From Dehalococcoidia bacterium (lineage in GTDB: Bacteria > Chloroflexota > Dehalococcoidia > Lucifugimonadales > Australimonadaceae), in NCBI GenBank assembly GCA_965220205.1, contig OZ244812.1:1320261-1384260 (forward strand): 64,000 nt of DNA, in the 5' to 3' direction. The position numbers and the translations under genes were made by a program. A model generated the notes under the pieces. It ran no database searches, was not told where the DNA came from, and was given only the letters and a program-made list of their open reading frames with translations. Below, piece by piece: positions 63,254-64,000 of this stretch (positions are counted from its first letter, which is position 1; the number at the start of each line of letters is the position of its first letter).

Positions 63254-64000
63254 GTGGACACAATCGTGCTGGCGCCGTTCTCGGCAACCGGCCTCGCAGA
63301 GCTCGAGGAGTTCGGCAGAATCACGTACGAGCCGTGGACTGATTCGCGGGCGCTTCACGATCCGGCGGAGTTGGGGGAGCGCATCGCTGCCGAGGGGTCG
63401 GCGGCGCTGGTCGTCGAGGCCGACTTCCTGTTCGATGAGCTGTTCGAGCTGGCCGGAAGCCTGCGGTTCGCCGCCGTCTGCCGGGCAGCGCTGAACCACG
63501 TCGACCTCGACGCGGCGACCGCGGCGGGCGTCGTTGTCGTCCACACGCCGGGGCGGAACGCGCAAGCGGTGGCCGAGCTCGTTCTGGGCCAGATGGTCGC
63601 CCTCGCGCGGATGATCGCCGTCTCCCACGATTACGTCGTAGGCAAACAATGGGAAGACCCCAGCGAGCCGTACGTTCGGTTCCGGGGCCGCGAGCTCGCA
63701 GGCGCCACGCTGGGAGTGGTCGGGCTCGGCGACATCGGCCGGCGGGTCGCGTCGCTGGGGCGCGCCGTCGGCATGCACGTGCTCGCCCATGACCCGTACG
63801 TTCACGAGAACCCGCGAGGCGCCGCCGGGGCGACGCTCACCGCGCTCGATGATCTGCTGGAGCGCAGCGACTTCGTCTCCCTTCACGCGCCGGACACGGA
63901 CGAGACCACAGGAATGCTCGACGCTAGGCGTATCGGCCTGATGCGGCGCGGAGCTTACCTGATCAACGCCGCGTCGTCGGCGCTCGCCGACTCGGCTGCG
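63254..64000 (+). CDS. D-2-hydroxyacid/phosphoglycerate dehydrogenase family (runs off window)
   Basis: Not in the ORF track because it has no stop. Translates to HVDLDAATAAGVVVVHTPGRNAQAVAE, GVVGLGDIG, HDPY and SLHAP. Confidence 0.9.
   Translation, partial: MDTIVLAPFSATGLAELEEFGRITYEPWTDSRALHDPAELGERIAAEGSAALVVEADFLFDELFELAGSLRFAAVCRAALNHVDLDAATAAGVVVVHTPGRNAQAVAELVLGQMVALARMIAVSHDYVVGKQWEDPSEPYVRFRGRELAGATLGVVGLGDIGRRVASLGRAVGMHVLAHDPYVHENPRGAAGATLTALDDLLERSDFVSLHAPDTDETTGMLDARRIGLMRRGAYLINAASSALADSAA

Noticed and set aside
39586-64000. attR duplicate of the tRNA-Ala 3' end
   Set aside because: I found no convincing CCCTATCTCCACCA copy by eye, so the island's right boundary is unassigned. 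The T-loop-like sequences at ~45535 and ~53680 do not match it.

Overview
High-GC bacterial chromosome segment. Its gene content suggests Chloroflexota/Dehalococcoidia (SAR202-like, possibly sponge-associated): an F420-dependent LLM with npdG, stand-alone RRM proteins and an FN3/cadherin adhesin. This taxonomy is inference only. The left part (1-39.5 kb) is mostly intact core and metabolic genes. It holds the end of an AddA-like helicase-nuclease, a membrane-anchored HNH, a frameshifted 5'-nucleotidase, a dxs-polyprenyl synthase-hpnCDE squalene operon and an aldolase-cupin-PanB-like operon. It also holds a lower-GC two-gene module (winged-helix-like protein plus MORC/GHKL ATPase) split by an IS5, a VWA protein, LLM/npdG, thrC, and a co-oriented RRM-desaturase-sigma70-DEAD helicase-MFS-typA-HAD-RRM cluster. 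tRNA-Asn and tRNA-Ala follow. A tyrosine integrase then opens a heavily decayed genomic island (about 39.6 kb to roughly 60 kb; right end not found). The island contains stacked IS5 elements, a MITE, NRPS, sulfatase, ABC and recombinase relics, an inverted duplication of a histidine decarboxylase-ACT cassette, carbonic anhydrase, a Zn-ADH, a PrpD-family gene and an adhesin relic. It also carries four diverged copies of an unannotated module: conserved leader + ~97-aa AT-hook protein + conserved hairpin element. The best candidates for undescribed systems are that repeated module and the wHTH + MORC ATPase pair.
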